Positions 26,737-37,000 of a DNA stretch of 53,216 nucleotides are shown here, piece by piece. The notes below the pieces were generated by a model, which did no database searches, had not been told where the DNA came from, and saw nothing but the letters and a program-made list of their open reading frames with translations. The DNA is taken from NCBI GenBank assembly GCA_016787125.1, contig JAEUVM010000194.1, positions 1-53,216 on the forward strand, in the 5' to 3' direction. Each line of letters starts with the position of its first letter. Position 1 is the first letter of the stretch. The translations under genes were made by a program, and so were the position numbers. This DNA comes from Chitinophagaceae bacterium (GTDB lineage: Bacteria; Bacteroidota; Bacteroidia; Chitinophagales; Chitinophagaceae).

Positions 26737-29580
26737 TTATCGCATAATTATTCTTGCTCCGCCGCCGCCGGCATTGTTGAGCCCCGTCTTGCTCAGGCCG
26801 TAGGTAAAGCTGAGCTGGAAAAACTGGCGCAGCGTAAGCACTCTTGAATCTTCGATATAGTTGTTGTTCGCATTGCGGCTGATACCGATGTTTTTATTCA
26901 GGATATCACGGGCGCTGAATTTCAGTTCGCCGCGGTTAAACTTCAGCACCTGCTTGCTGATGCTGGCATTCCACAATGGTATTTTGGCATTGAAGCCTGC
27001 TGCCCGCTGACTGTTGATGATATAGCTGAAGTCGGTGGAGAAAAAGAACCCTTTGGGCATTTCCCAATCAACCGAAGTGGTGTATTCCTGCGAAAAGTAT
27101 TTGGTGCTGCTGGCTACCGGCTTTGTATAGTTTGTGCGGTAATAGCTGAAGCCGGCACCGATTGCTATGCTCAGTTTTTCTTTTATCGTCATATCCAGCC
27201 GTACGTCAGGATTCAGGCTCAGGGTGTTGATGGTGTTGGTTACAATGTTTCCCGTCGCATCATTGATAAGCTGCCGGGTTCGGTTGCGGCCGATACCCGT
27301 GCCGAACTCCACAGAACCTTTAAGCAGTTTCACAGGCAGACTGTAGCTTATGTTACCATTCAGGTTGTAAGCGCCGTCGGTGTTTACGGGTTTTGTTTTC
27401 CTGATGCCCGTCAGCAGGTTCAGTGAATCGTAGTTCACGATCTTGTTCTCAGTAGCCTGCAGGGAGAGCATCATAAACAGGTTTTTATTCCTGAAAGGGT
27501 TTACCATGTTCAGGTGCAGTTGCAGGCTGTGTACGTATTCCTGTTTCAGGTCGGGGTTACCTTCCCGGATATTAAGCGCATTGCTGTTGTCGGGCACAGG
27601 CTGCAATTGCGATACAGAAGGCTGGTTGGTGGAAGTATTGTATGACAAAGACAGGCTTTTGAACCGTGTGAAGTTGTATTGAAACCTTGCATTGGGCAAA
27701 AGGTTGGTAAAGGTTTTGCTGATCACTGAATCTTTGTTTCCCGCAACTGTTGAGGCGATGATCTTTCCTTCCAGTTCTGCCCGCTGCCAGGTGGTACCAA
27801 AAGAATAGTTATACTTTTTCTTTTGTGTCCGCATCCGAAGGCCGCCATTCGTGTAGCTGTAGCTGTTTTCAAAATCATTACTCAGGCCATTGTTTACCAC
27901 ATCAAATTTTCCGTTGCCTTTATTATAATCCCAGGTTTGTTTTTCGGATGTGCTGCGGGTATCGCTGCGGCCGATGCTGAATTCCAGCAACGAACGTTTC
28001 CAGAGCGGCTCGGTATATACGGCCCGTGCATTATAGCCACGAAGGTTGGCAGCAGTTTTGTTTTGCTGGTTAAGCGTGTCTTTCTTTTGCAGGCTGCCGC
28101 CGGGATCATAAAAACTGTTGATGGAATACAGGCTGCCGTTGCCATTGCTTTCATTCAGGCTTGTTTGCAGGGAAAGGGAAAAGGTTCGTCCGCGGCGGGC
28201 AAATTTTTTCCGCCAGATAATATCATTACGGAAGGTGTATCCTTTATTCGCCGCTGTGGAATTGCTGAAACCTTCGTTGGTTTTCGAGTGGTTGGCCGCC
28301 AGCGTTTCATAATCTGTTTGTGAGCTGTTGTCTGTTTGCTGGTAGCTGAAGGAAGGTGTCATCCGGATGGAGTTCAGCGAATCGAGCTGGTACAGCAGGT
28401 TCAGGTTAAGCCGATGGTTATCATTCCTGTTGTCTGAATAAGCGTTCTGGTTATAATAATAAGTGGCAGGCAAAATATATTCCCGCTGTATATGGCTTTC
28501 CTGTTTGGGGCTAAGATGGTTGTAGAAGTAATTGCTTTGCAGGTCGAGTTTGTTACCGATGATATTGTTATAGTTCAACCCGGTACCCCAGGTGGTATTG
28601 ATGCCGCTGTTTCGTCCGCCGCCGATTCCCATACCGGCAGCATCTGCATCAGAAATATTGATGTTGATATTTCCGCCACCTCCCCGCTGCATCCGGGCCA
28701 GTTCGCCGCTGAAGTTGAGAATATCCATTATGGTAAACCCTTCTGCATTGGTATTGTTGGCCATGCCGATGGCGGAGAATTGCCGGGCACCCTTAAAAGA
28801 GTTTACGTTGAACTTGCTTTCAAAACGTTCCTTGTTTCCCGCACCTGCCATTACCTTTCCGAAGGAACCCTTCTTTTTATCCTTCTTTAGTTTGAGATTG
28901 ATGGTCTTCTCATAGTTGCCGTCTTCAAAACCGGTCAGTTGTGCCTGGTCACTTTGTTTATCATACACCTGTACTTTATCTACCGCATCGGCAGGCAGGT
29001 TCTTGGTCGCTACTTTGGGGTCGTTACCGAAAAACTCTTTTCCGTCCACCAGCACCTTCGTTACTTTTTCTCCTTGCGCTTTTATGGAGCCGTCTTTTTC
29101 CACTTTTACGCCCGGCAGTTTCTTCAGCAGTTGTTCTACGCTGGCATTCGGTGGCGTTTTGAACGAGCCTGCGTTGTACTGTATCGTATCATTGATCATA
29201 GTCACGGGCGGCGCTTCATTGGCCAGCACCACTTCTTCCAGCACTTTGGCTTTGTCGTTCATTATTGTGTTGCCAAGATCGGCATCCTTGTTTGTGTCGG
29301 TTATGGAGAAATACCGGTTGCTGTTATGATAATTCACATGTGTGGTGAGGAGACGGTAATCGCCGTTAGCCAGTCCTTTTACTTCAAAGCGGCCATCGGG
29401 GCCTGTCATGGTGAAACTGACGAGTGAAGAATCCTTTCGGTCAAGCACCGTTACCGTTGCGCCGGCCACCGGTTGCTTGCTGATGGTATCCATTGCTGCA
29501 CCTTTTACAGAGCCGCCTTTTTGTGCCAGCAGGCTTAGTGTGCCGAGCAATGTTATTAAGAGCAGGTAAATTTTTCTCAT
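26737..29580 (-). CDS. Large outer-membrane beta-barrel protein with carboxypeptidase-regulatory-like and plug-like domains (GLPGLI-associated type), paralog 1
   Basis: [70 protein letters not shown]. Confidence 0.88.
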   Translation of the reverse strand: MRKIYLLLITLLGTLSLLAQKGGSVKGAAMDTISKQPVAGATVTVLDRKDSSLVSFTMTGPDGRFEVKGLANGDYRLLTTHVNYHNSNRYFSITDTNKDADLGNTIMNDKAKVLEEVVLANEAPPVTMINDTIQYNAGSFKTPPNASVEQLLKKLPGVKVEKDGSIKAQGEKVTKVLVDGKEFFGNDPKVATKNLPADAVDKVQVYDKQSDQAQLTGFEDGNYEKTINLKLKKDKKKGSFGKVMAGAGNKERFESKFNVNSFKGARQFSAIGMANNTNAEGFTIMDILNFSGELARMQRGGGGNININISDADAAGMGIGGGRNSGINTTWGTGLNYNNIIGNKLDLQSNYFYNHLSPKQESHIQREYILPATYYYNQNAYSDNRNDNHRLNLNLLYQLDSLNSIRMTPSFSYQQTDNSSQTDYETLAANHSKTNEGFSNSTAANKGYTFRNDIIWRKKFARRGRTFSLSLQTSLNESNGNGSLYSINSFYDPGGSLQKKDTLNQQNKTAANLRGYNARAVYTEPLWKRSLLEFSIGRSDTRSTSEKQTWDYNKGNGKFDVVNNGLSNDFENSYSYTNGGLRMRTQKKKYNYSFGTTWQRAELEGKIIASTVAGNKDSVISKTFTNLLPNARFQYNFTRFKSLSLSYNTSTNQPSVSQLQPVPDNSNALNIREGNPDLKQEYVHSLQLHLNMVNPFRNKNLFMMLSLQATENKIVNYDSLNLLTGIRKTKPVNTDGAYNLNGNISYSLPVKLLKGSVEFGTGIGRNRTRQLINDATGNIVTNTINTLSLNPDVRLDMTIKEKLSIAIGAGFSYYRTNYTKPVASSTKYFSQEYTTSVDWEMPKGFFFSTDFSYIINSQRAAGFNAKIPLWNASISKQVLKFNRGELKFSARDILNKNIGISRNANNNYIEDSRVLTLRQFFQLSFTYGLSKTGLNNAGGGGARIIMR

Positions 29581-29629
29581 AGCTGATCGCTTTCGGCTAC
29601 GAAAATATTCTTAGCCTTTCAGCAAGAGG

Positions 29630-29665
29630 GTTAAAAGGGCTTTCTTTAATGTTAATCAAGGTTAA
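29630..29665 (-). promoter_or_regulatory. Second copy of the TTAAC-N5-TTAAC-N16-TTAAC operator, upstream of barrel paralog 1
   Basis: Minus strand TTAACCTTGATTAACATTAAAGAAAGCCCTTTTAAC; -7 box TATTTTCG at 29607-29600. Confidence 0.7.
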
Positions 29666-29690
29666 AGAATGACAAACGAAGTTGTTTCCG

Positions 29691-30320
29691 TTATTCCTCT
29701 TCCCGGGTATTACCCCGTTCATCATCTTCCCGGTCGCGGTCGTATACCAGTATCTTCACCTTCCTGTCCATCGGGGCGTAGTATTGCATCACCAGCTCCA
29801 CCCTCAGCTTTTTTATTTCCTCATTCTCGGGATCGAATGTAAACAGTACCGAGGTGAACTTGCTTGCATCTGTTGGTGGTTCATACTTTCCTTTGAGGTG
29901 GTAATTAGGTCCTGTGCCCATGTTTACAGCAAGGTTATTGAGCTGGTTGAACAGTGCTTTGAATTTCTGCTTTGCCTTTTCAAAGTTTTCGGTGGTCAGC
30001 ATCACAGCTTCCCAACTGCATACTTCTTTTTTGGCGGAGTAGCGGGTGATGATGACTTCTTCGGCACCATTTACTTTGAAGTTGCAGGCATAATCGGTTG
30101 ACTGGGCATTTTCGGTAATTATCTCACCCATCAGGTTGATAAAACGGTTGGGGTAATCGAGTATTACTTTCTTTACATCGTTGCCGATGCCATTGATGGC
30201 AGGCAGCTTAAGTTGGGCATTAGTAAGCAGGGAGATGAGTGTGGTTGTCGTAATCAGCACAAGTGATTTTACGGATTTTATCATCAGCATTGGATTTAAC
30301 GGGTCAATAACAGTGCTCAA
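29691..30320 (-). CDS. Hypothetical exported protein
   Basis: About 200-aa ORF with signal-like segment ending ...LLTNAQ; start uncertain (TTG 30320 or ATG 30290). Confidence 0.7.
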   Translation of the reverse strand: MSTVIDPLNPMLMIKSVKSLVLITTTTLISLLTNAQLKLPAINGIGNDVKKVILDYPNRFINLMGEIITENAQSTDYACNFKVNGAEEVIITRYSAKKEVCSWEAVMLTTENFEKAKQKFKALFNQLNNLAVNMGTGPNYHLKGKYEPPTDASKFTSVLFTFDPENEEIKKLRVELVMQYYAPMDRKVKILVYDRDREDDERGNTREEE

Positions 30321-30393
30321 TATTATTACTTTTTATTTTTATTACATACTTTTAAGTGTACTGAATTCGTTAACCCTCTATAAAATTGCGACT

Positions 30394-30549
30394 ATGAAAA
30401 ACAGAAGGCTCTCCCATCATCATGAATCCGCAAGGATCTACCGCCATTATTACAAATCATCTTTCAGCCTGGTACGTTTCATTAAATCGGTGCTGATGGT
30501 ATTTATCTCCGGCTCATCGGCAGCAGCCACCGGTTACCGCCGGCATTAA
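30394..30549 (+). CDS. Candidate small basic protein (51 aa)
   Basis: MKNRRLSHHHESARIYRHYYKSSFSLVRFIKSVLMVFISGSSAAATGYRRH; AT-rich upstream region with TACTTTTA box and a downstream terminator. Confidence 0.45.
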   Translation: MKNRRLSHHHESARIYRHYYKSSFSLVRFIKSVLMVFISGSSAAATGYRRH

Positions 30550-30594
30550 AGGCCAGTCCTTTTTTCCTTTCGTGTACTAACCCTTACTGATACA

Positions 30595-30626
30595 AAAACG
30601 TCCTGCCGTAAATGGCAGGACGTTTT
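30595..30626. terminator. Bidirectional intrinsic terminator
   Basis: AAAACGTCCTGCC-gtaaat-GGCAGGACGTTTT perfect 13-bp inverted repeat. Confidence 0.85.
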
Positions 30627-30651
30627 CTTTTCTAACGACAGGAGTCCGTTA

Positions 30652-33576
30652 TTAATACATTCTCATATTCCGCATATTTCTTTCCATGAAGCGGGGCATG
30701 CCGGGCATTCCCTGTTGCGCTTTTCCGCCCATGCGGTTCAGGTTAAACAGGAAGCTCACCATAAAGTAGCGCCTCAGCACCACACTGCTTACATCTTCTA
30801 TATAGTTGTCGCCGGTATTACGGGTAATGCTCTGGTTCTGGTTCAGGATATCATTTACTGAAAATTTCAGTTCTGCATTTTTCTTCTTAAATAATTGTTT
30901 GCTGATACTGGCATTCCACAGCGGTATGCTTTGGTTAAATCCGTCGGCCCGGCCGGAGTTTACGTAATAGTCAACATCCGTGCTTAGTATGATGGATGGC
31001 TTCTTGAAGGTATAGGCCACATCGGCTGAATAGGTTTGTGAGAAATAGTCTTCATTCAGCGAGGTGTTTACCGAATACTTCACGGTATTGTAAGAAAGAC
31101 TTCCGTTGAAAGAGATATCCCATTTTTCCTTCAGGCTGAAGTTGGCGCCGGCGGTTTGCGTCAGCGTCATGGTATTGCCGATATTCTTTTGCTTGTACAA
31201 TTCACTTACATCCCGGTTAAACAGGGCCACGGTGGTGAAGTTGATACTGGAACCCTTCAGTTTAGGATTCTTAAACGGCAGGCCGACAGTAAAGAAGGCG
31301 GTGCTGGTAAATGCACCGTTCATATTCACCGGTTTGGTTAGCTGCACCCGGCTGTTGATGGTGTCAATACTGTTTACGATCTTATTCTGCGTGGTGCTGA
31401 AACTGAGGTTGGCTGCAAAAAATTTAAAGGTGAGGATATTGAAGGTGTTATACCCGGCATTGAAGGAATGGGTAAACTCCTGGTTCAGTTCCGGGTTTCC
31501 GGTTTTTACATACAGCGGATTGGAAAAATCCAGCACATTCTGCAATTGTGATACAGTGGGCTGATTGGTTCTTCCCCGGTAGTTAATGCGTATACCCTTC
31601 GTGCGGCTGGGCGTCCAGTTGAAACTGGCCTGCGGGAAGAAGTTGGTATAACTCTGTTTGGAAACAGAATCCTTACCCGTCATGGCCTGGTAGCTGTCGC
31701 TGGTAAGGGTGGCCCTTTGCACACCAATACCCAATTGGTAATTATATTTTTTTTCCTGTACCCTGAAGTTGGCCCCGAAGCGATTAGCCAGGAATGTGTT
31801 TTCAAAACTGTTTGTCAGCAACAGGTTGGGTACATCATATTTACCGGTGCCATTATTATAGTTGAATGTCTTTTTATCCGATGTACTGGCGTTGCCGGTA
31901 TAGGCGTAGTTGAACTCCATGATCTTGTTCTTCCCGATCGGCTCGGTGTAAGAAAAGCTGAGCACATTATTGTGTGTGCTGGTTTCCTGCAGGTTTTGCT
32001 GATTCTGGTTGGAACTGCCTGAAATGGTGCCGTCTTTTTTATAGAAAAAAATCGGCGCCACACTGTATCCTTCACTTTCACTTTCGCCATATGTGTTTGA
32101 CCAGCCGAGGGTAATGGTACGACCGGGCCGGTTGAATTTTCTACGGTACAGGAAATTATTGTTCAGGTTCAGTCCGTCACGTTCGTTGGTATAGGTGGAG
32201 CGGCTGGTAAGGGCCAGGTATTTCTCAACCGGGTTTTGTGAATAAGTATAGGAGGTATCGTCGCTGAAATTTTCTGAATGCTGAATGGTAAGGCTCGGTG
32301 TGTACAGGATAGAGTTCATAGAATCTATCTGGTATTCAAACCGCACATTGAAACGGTGGTTCTGATTTTGATTAGTGGCAATGCTGTTTTTATTCAGCAG
32401 GGCGGTGGAATCGTTTGGAAAAAAGGTTTGCCGGAAGGTGTTTTGTTCCTGTTCAGTTTTGCCGTCGGAAACAAAATAGCTGCCACTTACTTTTACTTTA
32501 GTGCCAAACTCATTATTGAAGTTGAGGCCTGCCGAAAGTGACCTGGTAATACCTGTTGCGCTGGTGCCCACGCCAAACATTCCGCCGCCACCGCGGGTGG
32601 ATATCATTTGCATTCCGCCGCCGCCAAAACCGCCACCTCCACCACCGAAGCCACCGCCTCCTGAACCTCCGCTCATCCCGCTGAAGCCTCCCATCGAACT
32701 GATAATATCAGAGAAGGAGAACCCTTGCTTGTTGATGTTGTTGGCATTAAATAAAATGGAGAGCCGCTGATTGCCGTTGAATTTATTGAAGCTGAGGTTT
32801 CCTTCATAGCGGCCACCGCCTTCACCACCGCCGCCGGCTGCCAGTGCTCTTCCAAAAAGTCCTTTGTTCTTGTCCTTCTTCAGCTTGATGTTTACCGCTT
32901 TTGTTTTACTGCCATCATCTATCTTGGTGAATTTGGCCTGCTCACTCATATCATCAAACACTTGTACACTTTCCACCATATCAGCGGTCAGGTTTTTGGT
33001 GGCCAGTTTCGGATCATTTCCGAAAAACTCTTTACCATCCACATATACCTTTTGCACCGTTTCACCCTGTGCGGTGATGTTGCCGCTTTTATCCACCTGC
33101 ATCCCGGGTATCTTTTTCAGCAGGTCTTCCACGGTTGCGTTGGGCTTTGTTTTAAAGGCGTCGGCTTTGAACTGTATAGTATCATTCTTTATCAATACCG
33201 GTGCATCGTTGGTCACCACCACGCCTTCAAGCGTTTTGATGGCTTTTTGTGCCTGTACCATTCCCAGGTCAAGGTTTTTATCAGAAGAGGAGATAGAAAA
33301 ATTCTTCTTAATGGTTTCGATTGAAAGGTGGGAGATGACCAGTTGGTAGTTTCCTTCTTCCAGGCCTTTTATTTCAAAAGCACCTTGCTTGTTGGTGAGG
33401 GTAAAGGTGGCAAGCGAGGAGTCCTTCACATTAATTGCCGATACCGTGGCTTCCGAAACGGGCTGTTTGGATGCTGTGTCGGTTAACCGGCCTTTTACCG
33501 ATCCGTCTGCTTTTTGGGCCTGGATGGTGGTGATAACCGTAAAAGATAAAAGGATAAGTGTAAAAATCTTCTTCAT
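30652..33576 (-). CDS. Large outer-membrane beta-barrel protein, paralog 2, with Gly-rich insert
   Basis: [64 protein letters not shown]; clearly homologous to 26737-29580; ATG 33576 preferred. Confidence 0.88.
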   Translation of the reverse strand: MKKIFTLILLSFTVITTIQAQKADGSVKGRLTDTASKQPVSEATVSAINVKDSSLATFTLTNKQGAFEIKGLEEGNYQLVISHLSIETIKKNFSISSSDKNLDLGMVQAQKAIKTLEGVVVTNDAPVLIKNDTIQFKADAFKTKPNATVEDLLKKIPGMQVDKSGNITAQGETVQKVYVDGKEFFGNDPKLATKNLTADMVESVQVFDDMSEQAKFTKIDDGSKTKAVNIKLKKDKNKGLFGRALAAGGGGEGGGRYEGNLSFNKFNGNQRLSILFNANNINKQGFSFSDIISSMGGFSGMSGGSGGGGFGGGGGGFGGGGMQMISTRGGGGMFGVGTSATGITRSLSAGLNFNNEFGTKVKVSGSYFVSDGKTEQEQNTFRQTFFPNDSTALLNKNSIATNQNQNHRFNVRFEYQIDSMNSILYTPSLTIQHSENFSDDTSYTYSQNPVEKYLALTSRSTYTNERDGLNLNNNFLYRRKFNRPGRTITLGWSNTYGESESEGYSVAPIFFYKKDGTISGSSNQNQQNLQETSTHNNVLSFSYTEPIGKNKIMEFNYAYTGNASTSDKKTFNYNNGTGKYDVPNLLLTNSFENTFLANRFGANFRVQEKKYNYQLGIGVQRATLTSDSYQAMTGKDSVSKQSYTNFFPQASFNWTPSRTKGIRINYRGRTNQPTVSQLQNVLDFSNPLYVKTGNPELNQEFTHSFNAGYNTFNILTFKFFAANLSFSTTQNKIVNSIDTINSRVQLTKPVNMNGAFTSTAFFTVGLPFKNPKLKGSSINFTTVALFNRDVSELYKQKNIGNTMTLTQTAGANFSLKEKWDISFNGSLSYNTVKYSVNTSLNEDYFSQTYSADVAYTFKKPSIILSTDVDYYVNSGRADGFNQSIPLWNASISKQLFKKKNAELKFSVNDILNQNQSITRNTGDNYIEDVSSVVLRRYFMVSFLFNLNRMGGKAQQGMPGMPRFMERNMRNMRMY

Positions 33577-33656
33577 AATCAATTGTATATGGGGTACGAA
33601 AATAGACGTAAGAGGGATGTTTTTCCTTCTGAGAGTGCCAATTTTTACCTAAAAAC

Positions 33657-33688
33657 CCGATAAAATGGCTGATTAAACCGATGAAATG
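33657..33688 (-). promoter_or_regulatory. Direct repeat upstream of barrel paralog 2 (LytTR-like spacing)
   Basis: Minus strand CATTTCATCGG-N10-CATTTTATCGG (10/11 identical, 21-bp period); -7 box TATTTTCG at 33604-33597. Confidence 0.5.
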
Positions 33689-33804
33689 CCTGGACGCTTA
33701 ACAGGCGATCTGGTCTTAGCAGAAAGAAAGTCGTGGTTTTTACGGAGCAAATACTTCTGCCCTGGAGTTGCGGTTTGCGAAAACCTGTTTTCTTCAATAA
33801 TGGA

Positions 33805-33944
33805 TTTCCCGCAAAGCAATCAAAGGACACTAAGGATTTTGCTGCGCAAAAAAAGAGTTTCCTTAGTAAAAGAGATTATACCAACAAGTATATGGTTTCC
33901 CGCAAAGCAATCAAAGGACACAAAGGGGTTTGCTGCGCAAAAAA
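33805..33944 (+). repeat. Two-copy ~49-bp direct repeat (91-bp period), REP-like
   Basis: TTTCCCGCAAAGCAATCAAAGGACAC(T/A)AAGG..TTTGCTGCGCAAAAAA at 33805 and 33896. Confidence 0.85.
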
Positions 33945-34008
33945 TGAATCTCCCTCTAAAAATGTCTCTCCAAACCATCAGACACTTTTAGTTCTTATCC
34001 TTTATCTC

Positions 34009-37000
34009 TTAACTAAACAGGTATTCAACGTCTTCCCTTGTCAATGTCTTCACAAACGAAGCGTCGTCGGAAATGATGTCTTTGGCGAGGGCCCGTTTCT
34101 TTTCCTGCAATTGCAGTATTTTATCTTCGATAGTGTCTTTACAGATCATGCGGTAGGCAAAAATGTTTTTGGTTTGCCCTATGCGGTGTGTACGGTCAAT
34201 CGCTTGTTGCTCCACTGCCGGGTTCCACCAGGGATCAACGATATAAACATAGTCGGCCGCCGTAAGGTTGAGACCCACACCGCCCGCTTTCAGTGAAATG
34301 AGAAACACCCTTACCTCTTCTTCGTTCTGGAAATTCTGGATAGCTTTTTCCCGGTCGGGGGCTGAAGTGCTGCCATCGAAATATTCATACTTCACACCCA
34401 GTTCATCCATTTTCTTGCGGATAAGCGCAAGCATGCCAAGGAACTGCGAAAAGATCAGCGCCTTATGATCGCCGATGTTCTCTGTTATTTCCCTTGCCAG
34501 TTCATCGAGTTTGATGGAATGGTTGTCGAATTTTTCCTGTTCATTCAAGATGGCGGGTGAGTCGCATATTTGCCGCAGTTTCATCAATCCCTGCAGGATA
34601 GTGAGCTGTGATTTCTGTATGCCCTGTGTTTCGATGGTGCCCAATATCTGGTTGCGGAAATCATTGCGGTAAGCATCGTAAATATTGCGCTGGTCTTCTT
34701 CCATTTCGCAAAAGAGGATCATCTCCTGTTTTTCCGGAAGGTCTTTCGCCACCTGTTCTTTGGTGCGGCGAAGTATAAAGGGATACAGCAGTTTTTTAAG
34801 GTGCTCTTTGCGGTCCTGTTCACCAAACTTATCGATCGGTATGGCAAATTCCTGCCGGAAGAATTCCATAGTGCCCAGCATACCGGGATTGAGGAAGTTC
34901 ATCTGGGCATATATATCAAAAGTGTTGTTCTGCAGTGGTGTACCACTCATGCAGAGACGATTCTTAGCATTCAGCAGGCAGGCAGCCTTCGTCACTTTGC
35001 TCGCCGGGTTTTTGATGGCCTGGCTTTCATCCAGTATCACATAGTCAAATGCCACACTCATCAGCAGTTTGATATCGCTGCGCAATGTGCCGTAGGTGGT
35101 GATGGTCACTTCATGATTGGTGAGGTCGTCAGTAAGCCGGGTGCGGGTGCCGCCATGATGAATGCAGTAGGTGAGCCCGGGGGTGAATTTCTTGATCTCG
35201 TTCTCCCAGTTGTATATCAGTGTGGTGGGACAAACCACCAACGCTTTCAGCCTTCCTTCGTTTTTCCTGAAATGCTCAAGGAAGGATAATGCCTGCACGG
35301 TTTTACCCAAACCCATATCGTCTGCCAGTATGCCGCCCCATTTGATGTCTTTGAGATAATTCAGCCATTGATAGCCTGCCACCTGGTAGGGACGCAATAT
35401 CCGTTTCAGGTGATCAGAAGGTTCTATTTCTTTTATCTGGTTAAACTGCCGCAGGTTCTCATACTTCTCTTCCAGTTTTACCACCAGTTCTTCTTCGTCT
35501 CTTGTTTCATACAATTCATCCACCACGCTGAGATGATAGCGGGACAGCTTCAGTGAGTCGGTCTTTCCTTCTCCCACCCTGAAGAGGAGCGAATATTTTT
35601 TCAGCCATTCTTCGGGAAGAATGCCGAGTGTGCCATCGTTCAGTTGTACAAATTGCTGCTTATTGGCAAGGGCCCTTTTTACTTCGGCCACGGTTACTTT
35701 CTGATCGCCGAATAAAATATCCACCCTTGCATCAAACCAGTCGGTATTACTGCTGATAAATATTTTGGTTTGCGGCTTGGCTGTGTTGAAGCGGAAATTT
35801 TTCAGCGCTTCAAAGCCAAACACCGGCGTCTTCATATCCTTCATAGCATCGACGAATAGAAAGAACCAGTTGTTTTTCAGCACATCGGTTCCTTTCAATG
35901 CCAGGGTGCCGGTATCTTCATTATAGGCAAAACTGGAATGAAGGTTTTGCAGCTTCTGTATAAATTCATTTTCTTTTTCCCGGTTGCGGTGCACCACCAG
36001 CACTTTATCGCCCATTGGCACCACCACTTCATCACGGTCTCTTGTTTTAGTTTCAAACCCTTTATAGGAAAAGGAAGGTTGAAACACGAGGTATTCGCCT
36101 TTTTCCAACAGGAAGAGTTTTATTTCGGGGTTACCGTCCTTTACTTCCTGCACCAGCGCTTTATCAAAATCTATTTGGTGTTCTTTTGCCAGTGGCATGA
36201 TAAAGCCAGCGAGTTGCCCGCTCCATTCTTCTGCAGGTATGGACAGTTTGCCTTCTGGCAAGAATTTCTCCACCAGGTGTATCACGTCGTTGTTCTTCCA
36301 CAAGTGTGCCTGGTTATTATACAAAAAGAAAAGCGGGGTGGCCGTTTCATTATCACCAAGGTCAAATTCAAGCGGGCCCGCTTTTACACGGCACTGTACC
36401 GTATAATGCGAATTCTTTTTGATAATGAAATGCGGCTTTGCTTCTTCGGCCTGCAACTGCAAAGGTTCCAGGTTGTTTGTCTTGAATGCTTTTCCTTCTT
36501 TCAGCAGGTAAACGAAGGGGCTTCCCATCAGTTCGATAAACAGCTTCCTGAGTTTGGGCAACAGGTATTCGGCCATCAGCTCTTTGGTTTCGCCGGGGAG
36601 GTCATCATCTTCATGGTGAATGATGTTTTCCCAAATACCCGAGAAAGGTGAATTGCGGCTGATATATTTATTGATCTCGGTTTCCTGCAACTTGCGCAGG
36701 CTGGTGAGCAGTTCTTTGTCGTTGTCGGGAAGGTTGTCTGTATTTATATACCGGCTGATGTCCAGTTTCTCTGTTTTGCCGGCAAAGGCATCACCAGTTT
36801 CATTTATTTCACCGCTTATCACATCTACCGTAAAAAGCGGGTATCCTTTTTTATTGAAATTAAATACCACTCCCAGGCGGTGCGAGGTATCTGCCGGTGG
36901 TGCGGCTACGGCGGGCTCGGGTTCCGCTTCCTTTTCCTTTTGTGGCAGCAATACCGGTTTGGGTGTTGTAGCAACAGGTGCCACCCGTTTGATAGAGGTA

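Noticed and set aside
32570-32700. GGC/GGT-rich tract as a DNA-level repeat or contingency locus
   Set aside because: Codons are mixed and the tract is in frame; it encodes a Gly-rich protein linker rather than a slippage repeat.
33805-33965. Possible mini CRISPR array (repeat ~49 bp, gap ~42 bp)
   Set aside because: Only two units, similarity trails into the 'spacer', no CRISPR-like GTT...AAC termini, and no cas genes in the window.
33645-34296. ORFs 33686-33991, 33733-34296 and 33645-33830
   Set aside because: They translate the DNA repeat in different frames or run antisense into the SNF2 gene, and show no protein-like motifs.
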